Below the pieces are notes generated by a model. The model did no database searches. It had not been told where the DNA came from and saw only the letters and a program-made list of their open reading frames with translations. From contig NW_024704743.1 of the NCBI RefSeq assembly GCF_018977255.1, positions 96,102,001-96,166,000 on the forward strand: a stretch of 64,000 nt of DNA. The letters are read 5' to 3'. Positions 63,800 to 64,000 of this stretch are shown here, in pieces. Position 1 is the first letter of the stretch; each line of letters opens with the position of its first letter. The stretch is from Callorhinchus milii. Its lineage: Eukaryota. The position numbers and the translations under genes were made by a program.

Positions 63800-64000
63800 G
63801 TAAGGCTGTGAATTGTTCTTTTTCTTACTATTCTTGTCCATTGTAAAGGACTTTAATAGAATGCAGGATCACTTGGTGGCATTTTGGGGTTTGGACCCCG
63901 ACATTAACTTATCCAAAATGTGTGGGCCTGCTTCATTGCACGTGTGCAGAAAGACAAACATTATCCCCAGCATAAAATGGACACATTTGCATTTCTGCAG

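Overview
Vertebrate genomic DNA, most likely a cartilaginous fish, inferred from the repeat landscape (DeuSINE/SacSINE1-like SINEs, L2 and CR1 LINE 3' fragments, a shark-type Penelope-like end). Three protein-coding pieces can be supported. (1) An intronless FRAT/GBP (GSK-3-binding protein) gene on the minus strand at 43583-44077, with a CpG-rich promoter and a probable ~2.3 kb 3'UTR holding a ~1 kb G-rich minisatellite. (2) The terminal exon (522-680, +) of an RBM12/ESRP-like quasi-RRM protein. (3) A probable coding exon (63482-63799, +) of an unidentified acidic protein starting MTELRKR, perhaps driven by a CpG-rich region at ~51 kb. Almost all other ORFs in the track are translations of decayed retroelements or simple repeats. 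I found no CRISPR, rRNA or true tRNA. I cannot establish a new biological system from sequence alone. The best leads are: an unclassified ~1.8 kb element with direct and inverted repeats and a flipped 12-mer (56550-58328); a minimal hammerhead ribozyme (50062-50098); a covarying LINE/SINE 3' stem-loop; a SINE flanked by a perfect 32-bp inverted repeat; and the intron-containing qRRM gene. Repeat boundaries are approximate and family names come from recalled consensus similarity, not a database search.
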